Source of the DNA: Octopus bimaculoides
Lineage: Eukaryota
Assembly (NCBI RefSeq): GCF_001194135.2
Contig: NC_068987.1
Span: 106,777,942-106,841,570, forward strand
Length of the DNA stretch: 63,629 bases
Direction: 5' to 3'
Both the position numbers and the translations under genes were made by a program. Within the stretch, counting starts at the first letter, position 1. Every line of letters begins with the position of its first letter. The notes below the pieces were generated by a model. That model worked only from the letters and a program-made list of their open reading frames with translations, ran no database searches and was not told the origin of the DNA. Of this stretch, positions 37,646 through 50,575 are shown piece by piece.

Positions 37646-38243
37646 CAGCTCTGTCACCCGAATTTTATGGGCCCCCTGCAACTTTTTGTTTTGTGGCCCC
37701 ATCAATAAAACATCATAATCTACGCACCTTTTATACATAGCTATATTTTACTTTATTCTATCTCAACTTCAATATCTCACGTTATCCTAAAGATTGTCTT
37801 TAAAAGAACAAGTTAAATTTATTTACCTCTATTACACATTTCAATAACTAAAACTTCCAGATATGAATAAAAGAGCACTTTCATAATCCAGGCAACTTTC
37901 AAAGACAAACACGGCGCTTATTTCCCTTCGCCAAATCATCGATTAATTCAGAATGATCAAGTTGAGAGCTACGTTCGTGTTCGATAGATATCATTAACGA
38001 TCCACAAAATCTGGTACACTTTTGTGGTACAATGTAATAGTTTTACAAGAACTTTCGCAGGTGCAATGTATTACCATTTTATTTGTTAAAATTTCAGTTA
38101 GCATAAATAATTTAATTCTTGTTCAACATCTTGATCAAAATAAATAGATGACTTATCTACTTACTTTGATCTTAAGATGGGGCCCCTCGACCGCGGAGGC
38201 CTCCTTTCACCGAAAGGGTTACAGGGGCTTAACGAAACTCCTG
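37646..38243 (-). mobile_element. Non-autonomous hAT element with 8-bp TSD and transposase C-terminal remnant
   Basis: TTCATGAA|CAG ... CTG|TGCATGAA (7/8 TSD) and GGGCCCC subterminal motifs at both ends. Minus frame LMISIEHERSSQLDHSELIDDLAKGNKRRVCL* matches a hAT dimerisation-domain end. Confidence 0.75.
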
Positions 38244-39099
38244 TGCATGAACGTTGGATATGACTATATGTATACTCACTTACACATGCCTATATAAACA
38301 CATGCTTACACATTTAGATACACGCACATAGAGGTCTCAAAGATAAGTGAATGTGATTCTAATATATATTTCAATATATGTATGCATGTGTTTTTGTTTA
38401 TGCGTGTATGACTGTACCTTAGATGTTTCAGAAAACCCAAAAAGAAATTCATGTCTCATATGACAGAATAATATCTTTAAAGTAACATGAAAATCGATAA
38501 ACCCACATCAGAGGTCTCTCCAATGCTATATCACAAGTACGTGTAAGAAAACAAATCTAAGTCTACACAATTAACTGAATTTATTGAACGAAGAAACGAA
38601 ATATTTAGCCTCCGTCCACAAGGTGGATCGCAGAATAGAATGTCTGGCAATTTACCAACCCTTATATTTCATGAAAGGACAAATTTAATCATAGAAATTT
38701 TGTTTTAGATCACTCAATACCGCTTTATTGACCCGGCGACTATAGAAAATGTGTGATCGGTGGTACATCATACATTTCATCAACAACAATATAATGCAAG
38801 CAAGAAACGTTCTATCTTGAAACAATAGCATTTCAGTCATTAAGTTATTCACTGACTTCCGTAATTACAATGTCTGCGATTTTACACAGACATGACGAAA
38901 GTCTATCCTTCACTAACCAAATCTTGCTTTCGCAAAAGCCTTTGTTTTAGAGCAAGTCTAGTCGTGGTCATACTTGTCTTAAAGATATTGATGATAAAAA
39001 AGGCCAGTTAGTTCTAAGATTAAGTAAATGTGTCTGGATTCAATGAAAGAATACTATTAAAAAAAAAGAACGCATTCATGCACGTCGAATCTATCTTTG

Positions 39100-39244
39100 A
39101 TTATCTTTTACTGAGTCAAGTCATTGGAACGAGATCAAGCTGGAGCAACACCTGGAAGAGTTTTAGTCGAACAAATTCACCCTGGTACTTATGTCTTTAC
39201 CAAACCACTAACAAGCTGTGTGTTGAAAGAAACAAAGGCGCAAA

Positions 39245-39288
<44 letters not shown>

Positions 39289-39480
39289 ACAACAGACACA
39301 TAACACACAAACATAACACTAACATATATACATATACGGCTGATTTAAGCGCTACTTGCGTCTGCCAAATTCGCGCACAGCGCATTAGTCGGACCGAGTC
39401 TACAGTCGGTGACACTTTGCCAATGTGTGACGCAGTTGATAGGAGCCCCAAAATGATGTGCTTGTAAAGCAAGCTTCTCA
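39100..39480 (-). mobile_element. Degenerate SINE family B copy split by (CA)n
   Basis: GCTGGAGCAACACC..TTTAGTCGAACAAAT 3' block and a decayed head at 39340-39480. Confidence 0.6.
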
Positions 39481-40391
39481 AGAACATAGACATACCTGTT
39501 CCTATCTGTATACATACTTATACATATACATATGTACATGGTTACTTTAGTGCATAATTGAACATTTTGACGTCCTCGTTTTTTTTTCAACAGATATACA
39601 CAACAATGGATGACTTTCATGCGACTCTAATAATCTCAAATGATATATAACTATCGCACGTATAAAACACAGCAGCGTCACACTAGCTATAACCCCTGGT
39701 ATTGTATATGTGGGCGGTAGCATTGATATGTATATTTATGTATATGTATATATCCTATTATACTTCTTCAACAATTTTATTCCCATAGATAATATATGCA
39801 CTTCTGTGAACGTGTCAAACATATGTAACATACGGAACAAAAGTAATGAGCATAAGTGTACATATATATGCACGAACATGTATACACATATGCCTGTAAT
39901 ACTGAACAAATGCACTCTGGTTATGACATGATATTACATTATATGTAATATAAACTTTAGCATCCATATCAATGCATAATCACGCTTCACACCCTGCTGC
40001 ATGAATGTCAGATTCCTCAATATTTCTCTTACCTTACATTCGTCATCCACCTGTCATCTCTTTCATGTCTCTCTTATTCCCCCCACCACCATCCCTAACC
40101 TACCCTACACGGTTCATTCTAACGTATCATTCAGTCTTCTCAAACCTTTTTCTGTATCAGTCATAAGCCTCACTTATTTTTTTTCTTTTGTAACATTTCT
40201 CACTTTTCTTTATTATTTTTAATTGCTTATCCACACATGTATATTTCATAAGATAAGATTTTTTTGTAGTTTTACATATTTCGATGTACATGTAGCCATA
40301 GTTATACGTAACTTGTATGATGCTATTTACCTGCACGGACACGTATATACATATATATATATATATATANNNNNNNNNNNNNNNNNNNNNN

Positions 40392-40449
<58 letters not shown>

Positions 40450-41337
40450 CATGCCCATGTTTTTGCGAGTTAGTTTGTGTATACGCAAGAACAGGTGTTC
40501 TACTACATTCGCGCAGCACACATACACTTGCACACACACATATACCTGCGTGCACACATACACACACATGCATGTATATCTGTGTAAGTATGCATACAGA
40601 TGCACACACAGACACACAGAGAGATAGATAAGTAGATAGATAGACAGACAGGAAAATAGATAGATAGATTGATAATGTACTTTATGAGACATTAAATGTT
40701 AGTCTGCATCTACAACTATACATAAACTTACCATTTCTCACTAATTTCTCCACTAATATACTTATTTCTTCGCATCTCCTCACTATTAAATCCTTCTTCC
40801 AAATCTCCAAGCACAACGATTTCTATCATGTTTATAAATGCTGTGCTAAATGCTTCTCACGTTACCCCAATGCGAGATATCTAGTCTCATTTCATCGCCA
40901 GCCATACACGTTGACACAACTCAACACGGTCCTTTTTCCCAAAGATATTTCAAACTTCCTTTCACAATGGACAACATATCGGTTTAATCAGTCATCTTTC
41001 ATCGACACATAATAGTAACGCTTAGGTAATCAACTAGATTGCAGCACACATACACAAATACAATCTCACTTCTTCAGCCTCGCTTTGCGGAATATGTCAA
41101 TATTCTCAGCTGTTTCTGCTTCATCTGCGAGCTTTACAAATGAACCGTTCTACACATTGCACCTATGTACGTGTATCAGGAATCGACAGAGCATCCACCA
41201 TAACGGTTACTGTTCTTTCCCTCTTCTCACATTTAAAATGAAACTTCTGTATACAAAGAAATCTTCACCTTACAAAACCACTGTTTGAACGCATAAGTTT
41301 TAACGATAAATCGAGATTAGTCAGCCACAGTTCATAT

Positions 41338-41555
41338 TGGTTTCAAATTTGGTCCAAAGCCAGCTATTTCGGGTGTGAGAGCTAGTCGCCTACCCCGACG
41401 ACAGGGCTCAGCTGGTACTTATTTCACCGAAACTGAAAGGATGAAAGGCAAAGTCGACCTCGGCGGTGTTTGAACTCAGAACGAACATGATGGACGAAAT
41501 GCCGCTAAGCATTTTGCCCATTGTGCTAATAATCCTGCGAGCTGGGCGCCTTAGC
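41338..41555 (-). mobile_element. SINE family A copy
   Basis: GGATGAAAGGCAAAGTCGACCTCGGCGG..TTTGAACTCAGAACG. Confidence 0.9.
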
Positions 41556-42187
41556 CACTGTTAATATTCAATGGTATTAGAATATAAGAACAGCATCTGA
41601 GTCATTGGAACAAACCGCAAGTAAATGTACCGGTTTGTTCCGATAAACTATCCTATTAAACAAGCATTTGCACAAACTCGCACATGAGGTGTGTGTGTGT
41701 GTGTGTGTGTTAGAGAGTGTGTGTGTGAGAGAGTGTGTGTTAGTGCGTGCGTGTGCGTATTTGTATGAGTGTCTCCGTGCGTTACTGTGTTGTCTTTATG
41801 AAACGAGCGTCTTGTATATCGCTCTTTTCTCATAATTAATAAGGCTTGATTTCGAAATTATATTTCCTGATTAGTTTTCGATGTTAGTTGGGAATAGTAT
41901 AGTACTCAAGAGAAATCAGGTATTTAAAGCTTCTACGTGCTATCTTCCAGTTGAAATTACCACTGCGGTTGTGTAAACCTGCATTTCTATAGCCAGTAAA
42001 AGTAATGACAATGATGTTTTTGCTACAATGATATTATCATTGGAAGAAAATATTTGAATTTTCCCACATTTCTAACAGAAAGCATTAGGTAGAAAATTGT
42101 TGAGCTTACATTCCACTTCGATTCCTTAAAGAAGAAAAGAAGGGAAACTAGCCCCTCACTCTGAACCCAATATACTTATTAAAAATA

Positions 42188-42750
42188 TTAGGTTGTCAAG
42201 AAGCTCCTTGCGGATTTTAACCTTTAAAACTCAGATGCACATATCTCAGCTCAAACAAAAGACTTTATTAATCGAAATAAACACCATCAGAATCAACACA
42301 CTTTTGCCAACGCGAAACAAGTCTATTTATGCCAGTAACGTAAAAGCCATGCATTCTACTGGCGATGAAAGTCATTGAAGGCTTGTTTGGCATCGTCTTG
42401 GTTTTTGAAGCATTTTTCACGCGGGAAGTGGCCAAGATGCTTGAAAAAGTGGTAGTCGGTAGTTGAGAGGTCTGGTGAGTATGGCGGATGAGGCAGAATT
42501 TTTTAGCTTAATTCGTTCAACCTCTGCAGGGTTAGTTGTGTGAGGTTCGGCCGAGCATCGCCGTGGAGAAGAATTGATCCTTTTCTTTTGAAAAATGTTG
42601 CCTGTTGTCGGGGTCACCATGACCTTCTTTCTTTTGGTGCAACTTTGGCTTCGGGAAGTGCCGTGGAGCTTCGTCGGCGTCCAACCACTGAGCTGAGCGT
42701 CGCCGGTTGTCGTAAAGAATCCACTTTTCATCGCAAGTCACAATCCCTGC
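42188..42750 (-). mobile_element. mariner (DD34D) transposon 3' portion with internal deletion and one TIR
   Basis: [39 protein letters not shown](K)VMVT is fused to [58 protein letters not shown]|TTAGGTTGTCAAG TIR at 42186-42215. Confidence 0.93.
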
Positions 42751-44039
42751 AGACGTGTAGTGTTGTGACAACACACGCGCTCTCACACACACATACACAC
42801 ACAAATCACTCACACGCGCACTCACTCACACACATAAACTTTGAATTGACATTAAAAGTCACAAACAATGTAACAGTAATATAAGCCAATAAAAAAAAAG
42901 ACTACCTCGTTCTAAATATGAAACCAACAAAATGGAAGTGAAAGGTATGCATGGTTCAGAAATACGTTACTGTACTAAACAAACGCTAACTAATTCAAAC
43001 GGATGTATGCAAATAAAATGAGATAACAGTAGTGTTTTCAATAGGATATGATTAAAAGATACAATGTTCCGTACTTACGTACAAACACACACACGTATAT
43101 CACATGGATGATAGCTTGTGCGTGGTTACTTTGCATAATACGTACACATATAAATATATATCTGAATGTGTGTGTGTGGGGGGGACGTGTGTATATTCCT
43201 AGCTAACGCATGTCAGCGCTTCGGTTTAATAACACTCTTGAACATCAAACAGGACCTGTCAGCTTGAATTAATCTCTACTCTTATGTAAGACTCGGCTAG
43301 AAATTATAAAATGAATCCTTACTGAATTCTGGATATGCCCTAACAATAAATGTATGTATGTACGTATATATATATATATATATATATATNNNNNNNNNNN
43401 NNNNNNNNNNNNNNNNNNNNNNNNNNNNNNNNNNNNNNNNNNNNNNNNNNNNNNNNNNNNNNNNNNNNNNNNNNNNNNNNNNNNNNNNNNNNNNNNNNNN
43501 NNNNNNNNNNNNNNNNNNNNNNNNNNNNNNNNNNNNNNNNNNNNNNNNNNNNNNNNNNNNNNNNNNNNNNNNNNNNNNNNNNNNNNNNNNNNNNNNNNNN
43601 NNNNNNNNNNNNNNNNNNNNNNNNNNNNNNNNNNNNNNNNNNNNNNNNNNNNNNNNNNNNNNNNNNNNNNNNNNNNNNNNNNNNNNNNNNNNNNNNNNNN
43701 NNNNNNNNNNNNNNNNNNNNNNNNNNNNNNNNNNNNNNNNNNNNNNNNNNNNNNNNNNNNNNNNNNNNNNNNNNNNNNNNNNNNNNNNNNNNNNNNNNNN
43801 NNNNNNNNNNNNNNNNNNNNNNNNNNNNNNNNNNNNNNNNNNNNNNNNNNNNNATATATATATATATATATATATATATACGTATATGTATGTATGTATG
43901 TAAACGTATCATTTTCTCCCTGAGAGAACACAGTATTTAAACTCATCAATAAATTATATTGCCATGGTAACTTTTAATATTATTCCATTCCCTCCCTAGC
44001 ATCTTCCGCAGTTTGTCGAATATGACACAAACTTAGCAA

Positions 44040-44309
44040 TGATGACAACAGTTATGATGATGATGAGGATGATGTTGTTATGGTGAGTGAAGTGTATGTA
44101 GATGGTAGACATCTCGGGGTTGGTGGAGATGTTATTTGCAGTATCGTCTTGATCGTGCAGATGATGATGAGGAGGAGGAGGATAATAATAGCAATAATAA
44201 TAATAATAATGATGATGATGATGATAATAATAATAATAATAATAATAATACAAATGCATCATCATCGTCATCGTCGTATTCGTCGTTATCGTTTTCATTA
44301 TTATTATTA

Positions 44310-44365
<56 letters not shown>

Positions 44366-44399
44366 GCACTCATAATGATTATTGTGTAGCCGATGTTCT

Positions 44400-44432
<33 letters not shown>

Positions 44433-44484
44433 CTGTATGTCGAGAAAGATGGCATTGCCGTAATGATGATAATGATGACGACGG

Positions 44485-44533
<49 letters not shown>

Positions 44534-44640
44534 CGTCGTCGTCGTTGTTGGTGGTGGCGGTGGTGAAGATGAGGACGACGATGATAATGACCACGATGTT
44601 GACGTTATAGTTGTGATAATTGCGATGAAGTTTTCCCAAC
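44040..44640. repeat. Long compound trinucleotide array (GAT, AAT, CGT, TAT, GTT, GGT)
   Basis: Seen directly; produces several spurious homopolymer ORFs. Confidence 0.95.
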
Positions 44641-45138
44641 ATCAGTATTTATTTATTCATCAGACCATTGTCAGCGATTTTCTCTTAGTGGTAGGGGTGG
44701 TGGTATTGATGGTGTGGTTGTCTATGTGTGTGTGTGTGTGTCGTGACGCTGTTAGCGGTCAGTGAGGAAATGTTGTCGTCACACTTCTAATTGTAGCATT
44801 GCTAGTGATGCAGTAAAACCCAGGGATGGTGTTGGCGTAGCGGGGTTTACAGTCACATTGATGTGGTCTTCGTAATTTCGCTAATATTCATTTATTAGGA
44901 ATCTAGTTCAGGATATTCTTGTGTTCTTAAATAGCATCTACTATGCATCCTTCTACTGTGGAGCTGCTGAAATACTTTCTAAATATTGACCCCTTACTTT
45001 TACTTAAATTTCTTTCTTCAATGACGCCTTTAACAAAATAAAATTCAGTAAATTTAATGCACATTTAAGCAAGAACGTTGCCAGACTCTACAAGTGCAAT
45101 ATCCATCTTGTTTCATGAGTAGAAATACCCAGATAACT

Positions 45139-45372
45139 AAAAGTGACGAGCTGGCAGAAACATTAGCACGTCGGGCGAAATGCTTAGCAGTATTTCGTCT
45201 GCCGTTACGTTCTGAGTTCAAATTCCGCTGAGGTTGACTTTGCCTTTCATCCTTTAGGGTTCAATAAATAAAGTACCAGTTACGCACTGAAGTCAATGTA
45301 ATCGACTTAATCCCTTTGTCTGTCCTTGTTTGTCCCCTCTATGTTTAGCCCCTTGTGGGCAATAAAGAAATA
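45139..45372 (+). mobile_element. SINE family A, best-preserved copy, LINE-type tail, possible decayed TSD
   Basis: GAGCTGGCAGAAACATTAG A-box region and GAGTTCAAATTCC B-box. Flanks AGAAATACCCAGATAACT / AGAGACACCCAAAACT. Confidence 0.93.
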
Positions 45373-45684
45373 AGAGACACCCAAAACTATGGTTTCTTTT
45401 AATCATGTTTATTGCTTATAATTTATACGCATCAAATTCGGTTTCATTTTTTGACTTTGTCACATAATGATGTATTGTAATATTGTTGTTATCGTAAGTT
45501 CTAATGTTGTGATTGTGGATGGTTTTGACCCTAGGTCACAAGAATAGTGTCATGGCAAGAATGTAAATCGAAGACAAAATTATTCAAAAAAGTAGAGAAG
45601 TATTTATCGTACTAAATCACCACTTTTAGCCTTATTACTCAGAGAACGCGGTACCTCCTACTTTAAGAATCAATAATATAGAAC

Positions 45685-45930
45685 CCTTATGCCCATTTGC
45701 GCCGACTCTACTCCTGATTCTGTGACATATAAGCGTCTGTGGAAAGAAAGCGTCCCCTTGATCGGGACGTTGAAACATTTAGCTTTAATTTCTGAGTGGA
45801 CTGAAGCAACGTAAATTGAAATATAGAAGTGGAAGACACAGTGCGTTATCCTCACGTGGCGGATGGGGTTCACTAACCCATGTTCTTGTAGTTGTGCACT
45901 CAACACATTAACCACTAAAAGCTGTAGCTG
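45685..45930 (-). mobile_element. SINE family C variant, degenerate
   Basis: CTGAGTGGACTGAAGCAACGT and TAACCACTAA head blocks shared with 55485-55600. Confidence 0.6.
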
Positions 45931-46871
45931 CATGTTGTACACTAGTGCTACGATTGGATAGCTTCCTTCATATTAGGTATCAAGGGATGATTCCACTTTC
46001 TATTCCCTTCTCTTTCTCTCTTTCTTCTTCTTCTCTCTCTTTCCCTCTCTCTTTCTTTCTGTCTCCCTCTCTCTGTACGACAAAGAAAGTAAGAAAAGTA
46101 AGTTAACATCGCAGTCTACCAATCTTTTCACCACCACATTCTGTGTTCTCCGAGAAAGAAAGGGTAGCAGACCCATGTTTTAAAAGTTCTGATATAGAAG
46201 TTCTTGTTGCGATACTATTGCAGTCTAGTTTTGTGGTTGCCAAGATTTAGTTCCAGCTCGTACCCTTTTGATCAATCCTATAATCAGAAGTTTTCTATAC
46301 TTGACCATTCAGACGTCCTTTAGTATTCTCTAAAGTACGTCATTCAATTAAGTCAGTGGTAGGTGTTGACATTAATCTCAGATTAGATCTAAGTTCGCCG
46401 ATTGTACTGCACAAATATTTTTTTTAACTCCTTAGAGGGTGGTGAATAATCTATTTAGATCATTCAATGTGTCCTTCCTTCCGTTAAATATCTTAGTACG
46501 TAATTTGAGGAAAGCAGCGTCTACGTATTGCATGGCTTCTTCCTTGTATTGTCTGATTCCCTACTTAATTGTAGAGGAGATGGTTCACCAGTAGTTCAAA
46601 ATTAGTGCGGAATGCTCATCCACTTACAAGCTAACTCAATGGTCATAAACAAGACAGTCGTAGAATACTTCCGGAGATCCGTTTATTGTTGGTATTTGTA
46701 CTGAAAGTAGAGTTTGTGAACCTGTGTCAAAAACCTTGCTCTGTCTATTCAAAACAACCCATTGCATTTACGACTATTGTGATATTGCTAACCTGGTTGT
46801 ATCAGTCATTATGCTGTTGTATTTGTAGTATTCAGCCTGTAGCAAGTTCACAGTAAAAAGTTGATGCTTAC

Positions 46872-46940
46872 CGTGTGTACTAAGCATACATTCAACCGGT
46901 CTATGTCTATACATCCTCTAGGAAAGCCTCTGTACTTTAT
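46872..46940 (-). CDS. Candidate internal coding exon (69 nt, phase 0-0), unknown protein
   Basis: Acceptor TTCTCCCATTTGCACTGCAG and donor ACG|GTAAGC. Only the phase-0 frame is open: IKYRGFPRGCIDIDRLNVCLVHT. Confidence 0.25.
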
Positions 46941-47149
46941 CTGCAGTGCAAATGGGAGAACAGCCCGATAGTTTTTGTTTCGTTATTTGCAATACAACAG
47001 AATTCTCGATTCGTAATTATTAGTACAGATAGAACAAAATCACTTAAAACTATCTTAAGAGAAATCCAACGAGCAACAAGCGCGCCCTTTCTTTCTTTGC
47101 ATATTAGCTATATGCATTGGCATTGTGTCTTTCAAGTGAGGCTGTTTTG

Positions 47150-47305
47150 TTTTTTGCACAAGGCCAGCAATTTCGGGGGATGAGCAAGTCGATTACATCG
47201 AACCCAGTGATTCACTTGTCTCGATCCCAAAAGTATGAAAAGTAAAGTCGTCTTCAGTGGAATTTGAACTCAGAACGGACGAGATGCCGCCAAGCACTTT
47301 GCTTT
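47150..47305 (-). mobile_element. SINE family A copy with deletions
   Basis: GCACAAGGCCAGCAATTTCGG tail and GGAATTTGAACTCAGAACG. Confidence 0.85.
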
Positions 47306-47766
47306 AAGAATGCATTGTTACTGCAGTAGGAGTGATGTGATTGTACTGCTATCTGTTTTGATTTCAGTGAACCAAAAGTACTTCGTAGCTACTGAAGTGT
47401 CATAGTTTCTTGTCGGTTTTGCTCAACTAGTTTAATAGGTTTAACAAGATTTATGTGTCAACATGTAGCAAAACGGATTTCAAGAATCAACACAGTCAAA
47501 ACTTCCAGATTAAGGAATTTGCTTTCTAGAAGCCTATTGGAATTTCAGTTGAACAGTATGGAATCGGAGCATACACTTCCTGAGGGAGCATCGGTTGATC
47601 GAACCCCTCCTTGACCGTAAAACGCTATGAATATATATTATATTATATTATATTATATTATATTATTGTTATATTTCGGAATGATTATTTTTTTTGCCAA
47701 ATTAACACACGCGCTATATATTCGTTCTTCACTTTATCCTTATCATTGTTCTTTTTTGTGTCCTTT

Positions 47767-47811
47767 GTTTTAAATCTTTCGTCGCATGTCCTGTGACCTC
47801 TTCAGCGAAAC
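47767..47811 (-). ncRNA. Possible degenerate minimal hammerhead motif
   Basis: Minus strand GTTT-CG-CTGAAGA-G-GTCACA.GGACA.TGCGAC-GAAA-GATT-TA-AAAC. Canonical core, 5/6 stem II, near-palindromic stem III; stem I is offset by 2 nt. Confidence 0.35.
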
Positions 47812-48678
47812 TCCATTCCATATGTCTCCCCTGTCCTGATTGGACCATTGTGTCCGTATATGATGTGTATCCTTAACCGAGCATGCGTTTGCGTCACTAA
47901 ATCTGGGTGTGTATTCGTGTGTGTGTGTGTGCGTATATGTATATATATTTATATTCATACACACACATATATACATATGCATATATCTGTAGAGTGACAC
48001 TTTCGCTTGTGTGTATGTATGCGTTTGTGTTAGTGTGGATAATTAGCATATCAAACATAAAGAATATATTACATTGCGCTTGACTCATACCCCAGGATGA
48101 AAATATTGGCCGACTTAGATTTTATTCCCTTACATGTTCAGTAAATTATATTCCAGACAAACAAACAGCTTCGATATGACCAACTAAAATTTTACGAGTG
48201 ATTCAATTAATATTACTGCTTGTCAATAATTTATGTAGTAAACAAATAATAGAAAATAAAAAACCCTGGGATTTTGTCAGACACTCATCTGATATTACCA
48301 ATCCATCTTACAGAATTTTATATTAAAATAAAATGCAGTAGCACTATGTGGAAGATAACAGGCAGTCAAATAGGTGACGCCAAAACACAGTCATTGATTG
48401 AACTAGCAATCTATCAACAGCACAGAAGAGTATGCAATAAATTTAAACTGAACAAAACCGACATGTAGCTGCACAACCCCAGAAAGTATATCAAAACAAA
48501 TAAGTGCTAAGATTTCATTTCCGGTATTGGGATTTACGATTAGTAATAATTTATGGATAAAGTATGTATTCCGGTTTGGAATTAGTGCTTATTATTTATT
48601 ACTTAATAATGTAATTGAAAAACAAATGTTTCATAGGACATTATAGTATTAGTTCATTTGACCACTATATATAAATGC

Positions 48679-48721
<43 letters not shown>

Positions 48722-49342
48722 CATATATAGACTCATACGTACATAAACTAGGTATGTATACATGTATGTCTATATGGATGTATATATTCGTGTATGTACA
48801 AGAGTGAGCGAAGAGACGAAAGGAAGCACCTCTCAACAAATTTAGAAGGTGTTACATGTATTTTTAATAACACTTCGAATCAGATCGACTTGACTACTAC
48901 TATTGTCTGATGAGTTGCACGCCCACAAAGCGTAAAGCCAAGCGGAACTGAGTCAAATTGTTATATTTTATTGCATTATTGTATAATATTGTACTATATG
49001 CGTCTGTATGTGTGTGCGTAGTCTAGCGGTTAGTGTGCTGCACGTTGTGTTCTTGCGTAAGGTATTTCATATCACGCTGCTGTGCGATCACTTCGACATC
49101 TGATGTGTGACAGAAGCACCAGTCCAGAACCTTCATTTGATCTATTAAAAAAGAGAATTTTTTTTTTGAATGGCATATACATTCATTGAAATGTTTCTTG
49201 ATATTGTCTCTACTTCTAAATCGGTCTCAATCACAAATCTCACGCGGTGCAAATATATTTTCTTTAAAAGTTAACGTATGAATATTAAATCAAGAATTGT
49301 TTTCTATGTTGTTTAATATATATTCTATTATTATTTTATTCT

Positions 49343-49728
49343 TTTATTTGTTTCAGTCGTTTGTCTGCGGCCATGCTGGACTACCGAATTTAGTTGAGTA
49401 AATCGACCCCAGGACTTATTCTTTGTAACCCTAGTACTGATTATATCGCTCTGATTTGCCGAACCGCTAAGTTACGTAGGCGTAAACACACTAGCATCAG
49501 TTGTTAAGCAATGGTGGAGGGACAAATATAGACACGTAAACACACACACACGCACACACATATGAGGGCCTTCTTTCAGTTTCCGTCTACCAAATCCACT
49601 CATAAGGCTCTGGTCGGCCCGAGGCTATTTTTGAAGACACTTGCCAAAGGTGCCACGCAGTGGGACTGAACCCGGAGCCGTGTGGTTGGTAAGCAAGCTA
49701 CTTATCGCACAGCCACTCCTGCGCCTAT
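49343..49728 (-). mobile_element. SINE family B, full-length copy with internal (TG)n
   Basis: Head GGCGCAGGAGTGGCTGTGCGATAAG..CGGGTTCAGTCCC (A and B boxes) and tail GCATGGCCGCAG..CTGAAACAAATAAAA. Confidence 0.95.
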
Positions 49729-49745
49729 ATATATANNNNNNNNNN

Positions 49746-49796
<51 letters not shown>

Positions 49797-50539
49797 GAGA
49801 GGGGCAGACAGACAGACCATCTAAATGAATGCTGGCATACTCGATGTAGTAAGTTAAGAAAGTAGGAGTAATTAAATTTTCACCATTAGAAATGAGAACA
49901 ATTATTGTCAAATTATCTCTTCTCGGTTAGAAAGTGCACGGAGGTCAAACCCAAAATTTTTATTGAAATTATATTAAGTATGGAATACGAAGATTTATGA
50001 CTTTGATCTTTAGGAATGCAACAAAAGCTTCAGACTTTTCGGACCAGAATTTGTAATTTACATAAATATATGTTTCTTAGTACTAATGTTGTAAATTTCC
50101 TTAATTGAAATTTTGTGGCTTGTAACAATAAGTATGCTATTTCCTACTTTACTATTAAGTTTCCATGCTGCAGATATCCGTAGTTTATTCCTCAGTCAAT
50201 GTTTGTAAATTCTTAAGCCATACTCTGTTCATTCAGAACACGATCGTAATATATTCCGTAGACTTGTACGATTCCCTAACACTTTTATACTCAGATTTGC
50301 TGATATTAGAATATAAGTGAAACGTGCCCACGGTTGGTACAGTAAAGCAAACAAAATCAAGCATATTTACCACTATATCCTATATTTAATTAATTTTAAT
50401 TATTTAATATTCCATACCTGTCTCTCCTTATTATCATTTGATAAATTTTTAGCTTGTAAAATGAATTAAATAATATTTCTTGGTTGACTAAATCAAGTAT
50501 GCTAGTGATCATTCATCGTCATACATATAAATATGTGTA

Positions 50540-50575
<36 letters not shown>

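Noticed and set aside
48908-48955. CTGATGAG followed by a partial hairpin
   Set aside because: No GAAA core half and no closing stems.
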